Assembly: GCA_963811375.1 (NCBI GenBank)
Contig: CAWEQY010000008.1
Span: 34,092 to 98,091 of the forward strand
From: an uncultured Solirubrobacterales bacterium
GTDB taxonomy: Bacteria; Actinomycetota; Thermoleophilia; Solirubrobacterales; 70-9
Length of the DNA stretch: 64,000 nucleotides
Direction: 5' to 3'
In this document: piece after piece, positions 17,430 through 24,513 of the stretch
Layout: every line of letters starts with the position of its first letter
Numbering within the stretch: position 1 is the stretch's first letter
Notes under the pieces: model-generated
What the model saw: only the letters and a program-made list of their open reading frames with translations
The model's database searches: none
What the model was told of the DNA's origin: nothing
Translations under genes and position numbers: made by a program

Positions 17430-17655
17430 GCCTGTCAACGAGCTTTCCTAGCTCGCCCATCGAGACGCCGAGGGCCACGGCGATCCCTTTGATCGTGCTC
17501 CAAGTGGGGTTTGCCTGGCCGCGCTCGATCAGAGACAGGGTGCCGGTCGTAATGTCGGCGTCGTGGGCTAAATCTTCCTGGGTGAGGCCATGCTTGGCAC
17601 GAAGTTGGCGGATTGCTTCGCCAAGAGCAGGCTGTGGTTGTTCGGAGCGGCGCAT
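17419..17655 (-). CDS. XRE-family helix-turn-helix transcriptional regulator
   Basis: 78 aa with LRAKHGLTQEDLAHDADITTGTLSLIERGQANPTWSTIKGIAVALGVS. It is the first gene of the HTH-ATPase-RT operon. Confidence 0.85.
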   Translation of the reverse strand: MRRSEQPQPALGEAIRQLRAKHGLTQEDLAHDADITTGTLSLIERGQANPTWSTIKGIAVALGVSMGELGKLVDRHDP

Positions 17656-17672
17656 TTGAACACGTTTTCAAA
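17655..17672. promoter_or_regulatory. Near-palindrome abutting the HTH start codon (candidate operator)
   Basis: tttgaacacgttttcaaa has TTTGAA/TTCAAA arms. The AT-rich 150-bp divergent region also has GCTAGAGC (17687..17694) and its complement GCTCTAGC (17731..17738). Confidence 0.3.
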
Positions 17673-17804
17673 CGCGAGCGTCATGGGCTAGAGCATAAAT
17701 AGCTAGCGTTATGTGCTTAGTCCTTGGTAGGCTCTAGCTATCCCAGAAAAGCGCCCCCGCGCTGCGCAAACAGCCGGGGGCATGGCACAGGAGGGTTAGC
17801 TCCC

Positions 17805-18101
17805 ATGCACGACAAGCCTATTGGCGCTGGCGATGATGGCCACGCCTCGACCGCCGCCCAGGATCTTCACGACCAGGGCGTGGTCCTGATCCAAATCCTG
17901 ACGATCTACCCGACGCATCTGCGCCTCTTGGAGCTGGTGCGCGAGATCGGCGCCGGATCGGCCGACTTCTCCGAGAGGGACCGCATCGAACGCGCTGTCC
18001 GCGATCTGATCGGAGTGGGCCTGCTGTTCCGCAGCGACGGGCTCGTATTGCCGACGCGGGCGGCACTCCGCTTCAACGAGATCCTCGGGGAGGGGATGTA
18101 G
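17805..18101 (+). CDS. Small hypothetical protein (possibly winged-helix-like)
   Basis: ORF 17724..18101 is trimmed to the ATG at 17805 (MHDKPIGAGDD...). It lies 2 nt upstream of the next gene. No firm motif recognised. Confidence 0.4.
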   Translation: MHDKPIGAGDDGHASTAAQDLHDQGVVLIQILTIYPTHLRLLELVREIGAGSADFSERDRIERAVRDLIGVGLLFRSDGLVLPTRAALRFNEILGEGM

Positions 18102-18103
18102 CG

Positions 18104-18427
18104 ATGGGGCGCAACGCAGGCCTGCAACGCGAGCAGTTCGCCCGCTGCTTCGGGATCAATCTCGCCAAGGCGCGCGGTGCAGCGGATGTGAGCCAGGACG
18201 AGCTTGCCTTCCGGACCTCGACCCACCGCACGGCGATCAACCAGATCGAGCGCGGCCTGTCCCTGCCGGGCCTCGACTCGGCGATGAGGTTCGCGGCGGC
18301 GCTGGAAACGTCGCTGGATGAATTGGTCGCGGGAATCGAATGGCAGTCGCCAGAGATGCAAATAGGCAAATTCAAAATTCCAGATCCAGAAGAAAATGAG
18401 CCACTACGAACCAGTAGCGAACGATGA
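18104..18427 (+). CDS. XRE-family helix-turn-helix protein
   Basis: DVSQDELAFRTSTHRTAINQIERGLSLPGLDSAMRFAAALETSLDELV. Confidence 0.7.
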   Translation: MGRNAGLQREQFARCFGINLAKARGAADVSQDELAFRTSTHRTAINQIERGLSLPGLDSAMRFAAALETSLDELVAGIEWQSPEMQIGKFKIPDPEENEPLRTSSER

Positions 18428-18758
18428 GCCAGCCAAGAGGCAGCTGCCAGGTCGAAGCCCATCTGTCAGCCCCTCAGGCAGCTACCCAGAGCCCCTACCT
18501 AGCACCCAACCTCAACCCCCGACACACTAGAGACTGGGTTCCCGTGCCCCTCTTCGAGCAGCGTCCAATGACCGGCTTAGCGTCCTCGGCGCGACGGGCT
18601 GACACGACATTTGATGTCGCCCAAGAGGCTGACCGACGGGTCTTGTCGCTCGTCGCGTTCGAGGACCGATGGCGTGACCTGATAGGAGCGTGCAAGAGCC
18701 CCACCCAGTTCTGTCCGCCGTCGATCCGTGACCGCAAGCCACTCCCCGAGGAGCGCCA

Positions 18759-19198
18759 TTGATCACGATCGGCATCGATCCCCACAAGCAAACCAACACC
18801 GCAGTGGCCGCCTCTGACGTCGGCCGCCAGCTCGCCGAGATCACCGTCCCGGCCGACGAGGCCGGCCAGCAGGAGCTGCTCGCCTGGGCCCACGGCCTCG
18901 GCGTCGAGATCCGCTTCGCCCTGGAGGACTGCCGCCACGTCAACGGTCGCCTGGAGCGCTTCCTGACCGCCACCGCTTCGACCGTCACGGCAACCGCCAG
19001 CTGAACGCGGCCTTCTACCGGATCGCCCTGACCCAGGCCCGCGTTCACCCGGGCGCTCGCGCCTACCTGGCCAAGAAGCGCGAGGAGGGCAAGAGCACCG
19101 CCGAAGCGCTGCGTTGCCTCAAGCGCCTGCTGGTCCGCGTCGTCTGGCGGACACTCAGAAGCACCGGTGAGCCCCGCCTTTCTACCTCTCCCTCTTGA
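18759..19198 (+). pseudogene. IS110-family transposase remnant (internal deletion plus frameshift)
   Basis: The N-terminal DEDD block is ITIGIDPHKQTNTAVAAS...LLAWAHGLGVEIRFALEDC (frame 0, stop at 19002). The C-terminal block is RQLNAAFYRIALTQARVHPGARAYLAKKREEGKSTAEALRCLKRLLVRVVWRTL (frame 2, stop at 19196..19198). The roughly 200 central residues are missing. Confidence 0.7.
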
Positions 19199-19493
19199 TC
19201 TTGGAGGGGGAGATCCTTGACACCGTTGGCTCACATAGGAGAGACCCTCCGGATTCGTGCCTGAGCCGCGGCTTGTTGATTCAGAACGTTGGCAAGGTTC
19301 AGCAGCGTTGCTCGTGGCGATCTCGCCCGGGGGACCGGAGTCCCGATTTTGGCACGGCTCCGCCGTGCGGTCGGGCTCCTATGTCCCCTGGTGGAGGGGT
19401 CGCGCAGTGAAGGCGTTGGTGCGTCGGGCTCTCTCTCCTTTCAAAAGCAGGCGATGCATTTCTCGTCTTCGATGGACAGCCAATGCAGAGGAA

Positions 19494-19793
19494 ATGCACG
19501 ACGGCTCCGACACCGAATTCGAGCGGCTTCTGTCCCCAGAGGACGTTGCCCGCGTCTGCGGACTCTCCCGGCGTGCCGTCTATCGGGCGATTGCGCGGGG
19601 GGAGCTTCGAGCCGTGCGAATCTGCCACAGGCTGCGAATCCGTCCAGCGGAGTTGGAGCGCTGGATTGGTGGCCAGGTGAGTTCTTCGGAGTTCCGCAGC
19701 CCCAGACGGCGCAACCGACCTGTTGCCGTTGCTCCGCGTGGCAGCTTGCGGTCGATGCTCAATGAGGCCGACGGCCAAGGCGGCAGTCAGTGA
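19494..19793 (+). CDS. xis: Excisionase-type HTH DNA-binding protein
   Basis: The ORF is trimmed to the ATG at 19494. The sequence LLSPEDVARVCGLSRRAVYRAIARGELRAVRICHRLRIRPAELERWI is excisionase-type. Its stop overlaps the integrase GTG (GTGA at 19790..19793). Confidence 0.7.
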   Translation: MHDGSDTEFERLLSPEDVARVCGLSRRAVYRAIARGELRAVRICHRLRIRPAELERWIGGQVSSSEFRSPRRRNRPVAVAPRGSLRSMLNEADGQGGSQ

Positions 19794-21073
19794 GTGTCGA
19801 GAGGATCGAGCGGAAGGGTGGGGCCGTATGGCGGGTGCGCTGGCGCGATGAGCAGGGGCAGGCGCATTCCAAAGTGATCGGTCGCAAGCGCGACGCGGAA
19901 ACCTTCGACGCCGAAGTCCTGCGACGCAAGCGAACCGGAGATCTCGACCTGCTCACCGGGGGCAGCGAAACGCTCGCCGACTTTGCGGAGGAGTGGTGGA
20001 AGCTGTACGCGGTTCCGAACTTGGCAAGTCGCACGCTGCGCGGCTACGCGGGGCTTTGGGATCGGCACGTCCTGCCGCGACTCGGCGCAATGCGCCTCAA
20101 CGCGATCACTGTCGAGGCGGTCGAGCGCTACCGGGCAGAACTGGAAGGCGACGGCGTTGGGCAGCCGACCATCTATCGAGCGCTGGCGCTGCTTCAGGGC
20201 GTCCTGCGGCGAGCGGTCGAGTGGCGACGGATAGGCCACAACCCGGTCAAGTCTGTCCGGAAGCCGAACGTCCGTCGCCAGCGCGAGGTCCGGCCGGTCC
20301 CTCCCTTCACAGTCGAGCGGCTGCGAGCCGTCGCCGTCGAAAGGCGTAAGCACGGTCCTCGCGATGCCGTCCTGATCGGACTACTCGCCTACGCCGGTCT
20401 GCGACCACAGGAGGCGCTGGTGCTGCGCTGGTCGGACGTGCGTGAGCGGACGCTCTTGGTCGAGAAGGCCGCAGACGGTCAGGGCGGGGTCAAGACGACG
20501 AAGACCGGGCAGGCGCGCACCGTTCGGCTCCTTGCCCCACTCGCCGGTGACTTGACCGAGTGGCGGCTCCTGGGTGGTGAGCCTGACGACGAGGCGCTCC
20601 TTTTCCCAAACGGCAAAGGAGGCATCTGGAATGACCCGGCTTGGCAGACCTGGCATCGCGACTCCTGGCGGCCCGCCTGTCGAGCGATCAGCCTGGAGGG
20701 TGCTCGTCCCTACGACTTGCGCCACAGCTTCGTCTCGTTGCTGATCAGCGAAGGTCGCAGCGTGGTCGACGTGGCCCGCCAAGCCGGACACTCGCCAACC
20801 ATGACGCTCGACGTTTACGCGCACGTCTTCGATGAGTTCGACATCGCCGAGCGGGTGTCTGCCGAGGATCAGATCGAGCAGGCGCGGCGCGATGTGTCCG
20901 AATCGTGTCCGCCTGACGCGGAAGATGGGGTGGAGGGGCAGGAAATCCCCGCTAATCCCTACAGCCCCATCGTCTTGCCGAGGATCTCCTTCATCACCTC
21001 GTCGGTGCCGCCGCCGATCGGGCCGAGGCGGGCATCGCGGACGGCGCGCTCGATGCCGTACTCGCGCATGTAG
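19790..21073 (+). CDS. int: Tyrosine recombinase / integrase (reading frame runs through attR)
   Basis: An N-terminal SAM-like domain is followed by catalytic blocks ARTVRLL, YDLRHSFVSLLI and GHSPTMTLDVYAHV (R..HxxR..H..Y). There is no stop before 21073, so the last ~38 codons lie in the att core and in antisense host DNA. Confidence 0.85.
   Translation: MSVERIERKGGAVWRVRWRDEQGQAHSKVIGRKRDAETFDAEVLRRKRTGDLDLLTGGSETLADFAEEWWKLYAVPNLASRTLRGYAGLWDRHVLPRLGAMRLNAITVEAVERYRAELEGDGVGQPTIYRALALLQGVLRRAVEWRRIGHNPVKSVRKPNVRRQREVRPVPPFTVERLRAVAVERRKHGPRDAVLIGLLAYAGLRPQEALVLRWSDVRERTLLVEKAADGQGGVKTTKTGQARTVRLLAPLAGDLTEWRLLGGEPDDEALLFPNGKGGIWNDPAWQTWHRDSWRPACRAISLEGARPYDLRHSFVSLLISEGRSVVDVARQAGHSPTMTLDVYAHVFDEFDIAERVSAEDQIEQARRDVSESCPPDAEDGVEGQEIPANPYSPIVLPRISFITSSVPPPIGPRRASRTARSMPYSRM
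20958..20994. repeat. attR: right copy of the 37-bp direct repeat
   Basis: Identical to 10324..10360. It covers 1 nt plus the stop codon plus the last 11 codons (MKEILGKTMGL) of the acyl-CoA dehydrogenase at 20959..22137. Confidence 0.85.
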
Positions 21074-22137
21074 CCATAGCCGCCATGAATCTGCAGGGCC
21101 TGGTCGGCGATCTCGAGCAGGGCTCGCTGAGTGACCAGCTTGGTCATGCTGACCTCGCGGATGCACTCCTGGCCGCTGTGGAAGAGGCGCAGGGAGTTGT
21201 AGGTGAGAGCGCGGGCGGCTTCGGCTTGGGTCGCCATCTCGGCGACTTGGTGGCGGATCGCCTGGAACTTGCCGATCGGGCGGCCGAAAGCTTCGCGCTC
21301 CTGCGCGTAGGCGACGGTGGTCTCGATCAGACGCTGCATGCCGCCGATCGCGCCGATCGCCATCAGCAGCCGCTCCCAGGCGAAGTTGGCCATGATCAGC
21401 TTGAAGCCGCCGTTCTCCTCGCCGAGCAGGTTCTCCGCCGGCACCTCGACGTCGGTGAAGGCCAGCTCGCCGGTGTCGGAGGAGTGCCAGCCCATCTTCT
21501 CCAGCTTCGCCGCCACCTCGTAGCCGGGCATCTCGCGCTCGAGGACGAGGAAGGAGATGCCGCCGTGGCCGCCCTCCTCGTTCGTCTTGCAGGCGCAGAC
21601 GAGGAAGTCGGCGCGGACGCCGTTGGTAATGAAGGTCTTGGCGCCGTTGACGATGTAGGCGTCGCCGTCGCGGCGGGCGGTGGTGGTGATGCCGGCGACG
21701 TCGGAGCCGGCGCCGGGCTCGGTGATGCCGAGGGCGCCGATCTTCTCGCCGGCGATCCCCGGCACCAGCCAGCGCTGCTTCTGCTCCTCGGTGCCGAAGT
21801 TGAAGATCGGCGGCATCGCGATCGAGGCATGGGCGTTGAGCCCGGCGGCAACGCCGCCCGAGCCGCCGGAGCGGGCCAGCTCTTCGACCCAGATCGCGTC
21901 GTGCAGATGGGTGCCGCCCTGGCCACCGAGCTCCTCGGGGAACTTGAGCCCGAGGAAGCCCAGCTCGGCGCAGCGCCCGTACAGCTCGCGCGGGAATTCC
22001 CGCGCCTCCTCCCACTCGTCGACGTGCGGCGCGATCTCCTTCGTGACGAAGCGGCTGACGGTCTCCCGCAGCTCCTCGTGCTCCTCGCCGAAGGGGGGGA
22101 GTGGGCGTCGTTGTCCCGTGTCTTTGATGACCGTCAT
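20959..22137 (-). CDS. Acyl-CoA dehydrogenase
   Basis: 392 aa with LGITEPGAGSDVAG, KTFITNG, FGRPIGKFQAIRHQVAEM and GGYGYMREYGIERAVRDARL. Confidence 0.9.
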   Translation of the reverse strand: MTVIKDTGQRRPLPPFGEEHEELRETVSRFVTKEIAPHVDEWEEAREFPRELYGRCAELGFLGLKFPEELGGQGGTHLHDAIWVEELARSGGSGGVAAGLNAHASIAMPPIFNFGTEEQKQRWLVPGIAGEKIGALGITEPGAGSDVAGITTTARRDGDAYIVNGAKTFITNGVRADFLVCACKTNEEGGHGGISFLVLEREMPGYEVAAKLEKMGWHSSDTGELAFTDVEVPAENLLGEENGGFKLIMANFAWERLLMAIGAIGGMQRLIETTVAYAQEREAFGRPIGKFQAIRHQVAEMATQAEAARALTYNSLRLFHSGQECIREVSMTKLVTQRALLEIADQALQIHGGYGYMREYGIERAVRDARLGPIGGGTDEVMKEILGKTMGL

Positions 22138-22189
22138 TTGCTGAAAACGAGGTGTATTGTCTGCGCCTTAATCAACTAGCGTGGCCGGG

Positions 22190-22390
22190 ATGGAGCGGAC
22201 GATGTGGACTGATGAGCGGCTGGACGACATGTCCCACCGGATGGATGCCGGCTTCGATCGCGTGGACAGCGATATCCGGGAATTGCGCAGCGACATCGGC
22301 TCCCTGCGATCGGTGATCATGCAGGTTGGCGTCGGCCTGATGATCGGGATGGCGGGCGTGATCGCCTCGATCCTGGCCAGCAGCCACTAG
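22190..22390 (+). CDS. Small tail-anchored coiled-coil protein (WTD-RLDD family)
   Basis: MERTMWTDERLDDMSHRMDAGFDRVDSDIRELRSDIGSLRSV followed by a C-terminal TM helix. The ATG at 22190 is chosen by analogy with the paralogues; the ORF track starts at GTG 22181. Confidence 0.5.
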   Translation: MERTMWTDERLDDMSHRMDAGFDRVDSDIRELRSDIGSLRSVIMQVGVGLMIGMAGVIASILASSH

Positions 22391-22400
22391 ATCTCCCGGC

Positions 22401-23615
22401 CTAAAGCCCGTAGCTCTTGCCGATCACGTCGAGCATGACCTCGTCGGTGCCGGCGCCGATGCGGTTGAGGCGGACGTCGCGGTAGGCACGCTCGATCTCG
22501 TACTCCTTCATGTAGCCGTAGCCGCCGAGGATCTGGATGCACTCGTCGGCCACTTCGCAGGCGATCCGCGAGGAGAAGAGCTTGGCCATGGTGATCTCGC
22601 GCACCGGGTACTCGCCGTTGCCGAAGCGCCAGGCGGTCGCGTAGGTGAACTGCTTCGCCGCCTCGGTCTTGGTCGCCATCTCGGCGAACTTGTGGCGGAT
22701 CGCCTGGAACTTGCCGATCGGGCGGCCGAAGGCTTCGCGCTCCTTGGCGTACTCGAGGGTCTTCTCGATCATCCGTTCGCAGCCGGCGTGGGAGCCGGCG
22801 GCGGCGACCAGGCGCTCGCCCTGGAGCTCCCAGGCGATGTGGTAGAAGCCTTTGCCGACCTCGCCGAGCACGGCGCTGGCCGGGACGCGGACGTCTTCGA
22901 AGGCCAGCTCGCCGGTGTCCGAGGCGTGCATGCCCATCTTCTCCAGCTCGGCGGAGACGGTGAAGCCGGGGACCGTGTCGCCGTTCTCGTCGCGCAGGTC
23001 GACGACGAAGAGGGTGATGCCGGCGTGACGCTCGTCGGGGTCGGTCTTGCAGACGAGGACGATGAAGTCCGCCCGCGGGCCGTTGGTGATGAAGGTCTTG
23101 GAGCCGTTGATGACGTATTCGTCGCCGTCGCGGATCGCCGTCGTGCGGATGCCGGCGACGTCGGAGCCGGCGCCCGGCTCGGTGATGCCCAGGGAGCCGA
23201 CCTTTTCGCCCTTCAGGCCCGGTTCGAGGTACTTCTTCTTCTGCTCCTCGGTGCCGAGCAGGTGGATCGGGGGCAGGACCATGTCGCTCTGGACCGCGAA
23301 GCCCATATTGGTGCCGCCGGAGCCGGAGTAGCTCATGCACTCGGCGCGGACCAGCGAGTAGAAGTAGTCGCCGCCCTGGCCGCCGTACTCCTCCGGGAAG
23401 CAGAGGCCGAGAAAGCCGAGCTCGCCCGCCCGTTGCATCGCCGAGGTCGGCCAGTAGGTGTCCTCCCACTCGTTGCGGTGCGGCCACAGCTCCTTCTTCA
23501 CCCACGACTCCATCGACTCGCGCAGGTCTTCGTGCTCCTGGCTGAAGATGAAGTGCTTGCGCCCGGCTGCATGGTCGGGCTTGATGACGCTGGAGCCGTT
23601 GGTCGCGGTCGCCAC
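22401..23615 (-). CDS. Acyl-CoA dehydrogenase (second paralogue)
   Basis: LGITEPGAGSDVAG, KTFITNG, FGRPIGKFQAIRHKFAEM and GGYGYMKEYEIERAYRDVRL. The start is set at GTG 23615 behind GGAGAG; the ORF track starts at 23690. Confidence 0.9.
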   Translation of the reverse strand: MATATNGSSVIKPDHAAGRKHFIFSQEHEDLRESMESWVKKELWPHRNEWEDTYWPTSAMQRAGELGFLGLCFPEEYGGQGGDYFYSLVRAECMSYSGSGGTNMGFAVQSDMVLPPIHLLGTEEQKKKYLEPGLKGEKVGSLGITEPGAGSDVAGIRTTAIRDGDEYVINGSKTFITNGPRADFIVLVCKTDPDERHAGITLFVVDLRDENGDTVPGFTVSAELEKMGMHASDTGELAFEDVRVPASAVLGEVGKGFYHIAWELQGERLVAAAGSHAGCERMIEKTLEYAKEREAFGRPIGKFQAIRHKFAEMATKTEAAKQFTYATAWRFGNGEYPVREITMAKLFSSRIACEVADECIQILGGYGYMKEYEIERAYRDVRLNRIGAGTDEVMLDVIGKSYGL

Positions 23616-23721
23616 TGGTGTCTCTCCTCGTTCGCGGGATCGGGAGGCGGCAGCGGCCGCCGGAAGCGAGTAGACAGTAGCACTTCTCACTTTCGATGAA
23701 AGTCGGCTATGGTGGCGCTCG

Positions 23722-24513
23722 ATGAGCGAGGAGAGCTACGAGCTGGTTGCCTACGAGGTCGCTGACGGCGTCGCCACGGTGACCCTGAACAACCCGGAGA
23801 AGCGCAACATGCTCTCCGGTCAGATGCTGGCGGAGCTGGTCGCGGCGATGAAGCAGGCGAAAGCCGCCGAGGAGGTCCGCGCGGTCGTCCTCACCGGGGC
23901 GGGCGACAGGGTCTTCTGCGCCGGCGCCGACCTCGGTGGGTTCGCCGCCGATGCCTCGCTGGTCCAGAAACACTTCGCCTCCGACCTCTTCCTCGAGTTC
24001 TTCCGGCTGATGCCGCGGCTCGGCAAGCCCTCGCTCTGCGCCGCCAACGGCCACGTCTTGGCGGGGGGGATGGGATTGGCGCTCTCCTGCGATCTGGTTA
24101 TCGCCAAAGAGGGCGCCGGCTTCGGCACGCCGGAGATCAACGTCGGCGCCTTCCCCTACATGATCATGTCGATCATCTACCGCAACGTGCCGCGCAAGAA
24201 GGTCAACGAGATGATGCTGCTGGGCGAGCGGCTCAGCGCCGAGCAGGCGGTCGAGTACGGGCTCGCCAACAAGGTCGTGCCAGCGGGCGAGTTCGACGCC
24301 GCCGTCGCCGAGTGGGCGGCCAAGCTGGCCTCGAAGAGCCCGGTGCTGATGCGCCTCGGCCACGACGCCATGTACCGCCAGCAGGACATGGACATCGACG
24401 ACGCGCTCGAGTTCCTGCGTTCCCAGCTCTCACTGACCTTCAGCACCGAGGACATCGTCGAGGGCGTCACCGCCTTCTTCGAGAAACGCGACCCGCAGTG
24501 GAAAGGGCGTTAG
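23722..24513 (+). CDS. Enoyl-CoA hydratase/isomerase (crotonase family)
   Basis: VATVTLNNPEKRNML, VVLTGAGDRVFCAGADL, ANGHVLAGGMGLALSCDL and FGTPEINVG. Confidence 0.9.
   Translation: MSEESYELVAYEVADGVATVTLNNPEKRNMLSGQMLAELVAAMKQAKAAEEVRAVVLTGAGDRVFCAGADLGGFAADASLVQKHFASDLFLEFFRLMPRLGKPSLCAANGHVLAGGMGLALSCDLVIAKEGAGFGTPEINVGAFPYMIMSIIYRNVPRKKVNEMMLLGERLSAEQAVEYGLANKVVPAGEFDAAVAEWAAKLASKSPVLMRLGHDAMYRQQDMDIDDALEFLRSQLSLTFSTEDIVEGVTAFFEKRDPQWKGR

Larger units (their letters stand above)
10324..20994. mobile_element. Integrative genomic island (~10.7 kb) inserted in the 3' end of an acyl-CoA dehydrogenase gene
   Basis: Perfect 37-bp direct repeats bound the region, with an xis-int pair adjacent to the right repeat. 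It also holds an IS110 remnant and a lower-G+C cargo block. No phage structural or conjugation genes were recognised. Confidence 0.8.

Noticed and set aside
10324-20994. Prophage or ICE interpretation of the island
   Set aside because: No capsid, portal, terminase, tail or lysis genes are recognisable. Nor are relaxase, coupling-protein or T4SS genes. Only xis-int plus cargo are present, so the element is better described as a small integrative island, possibly mobilisable.
20958-20994. A tRNA or tmRNA gene as the integration target
   Set aside because: The repeat lies wholly within and 1 nt beyond the ACAD coding 3' end. I could discern no cloverleaf-forming sequence at either island boundary.
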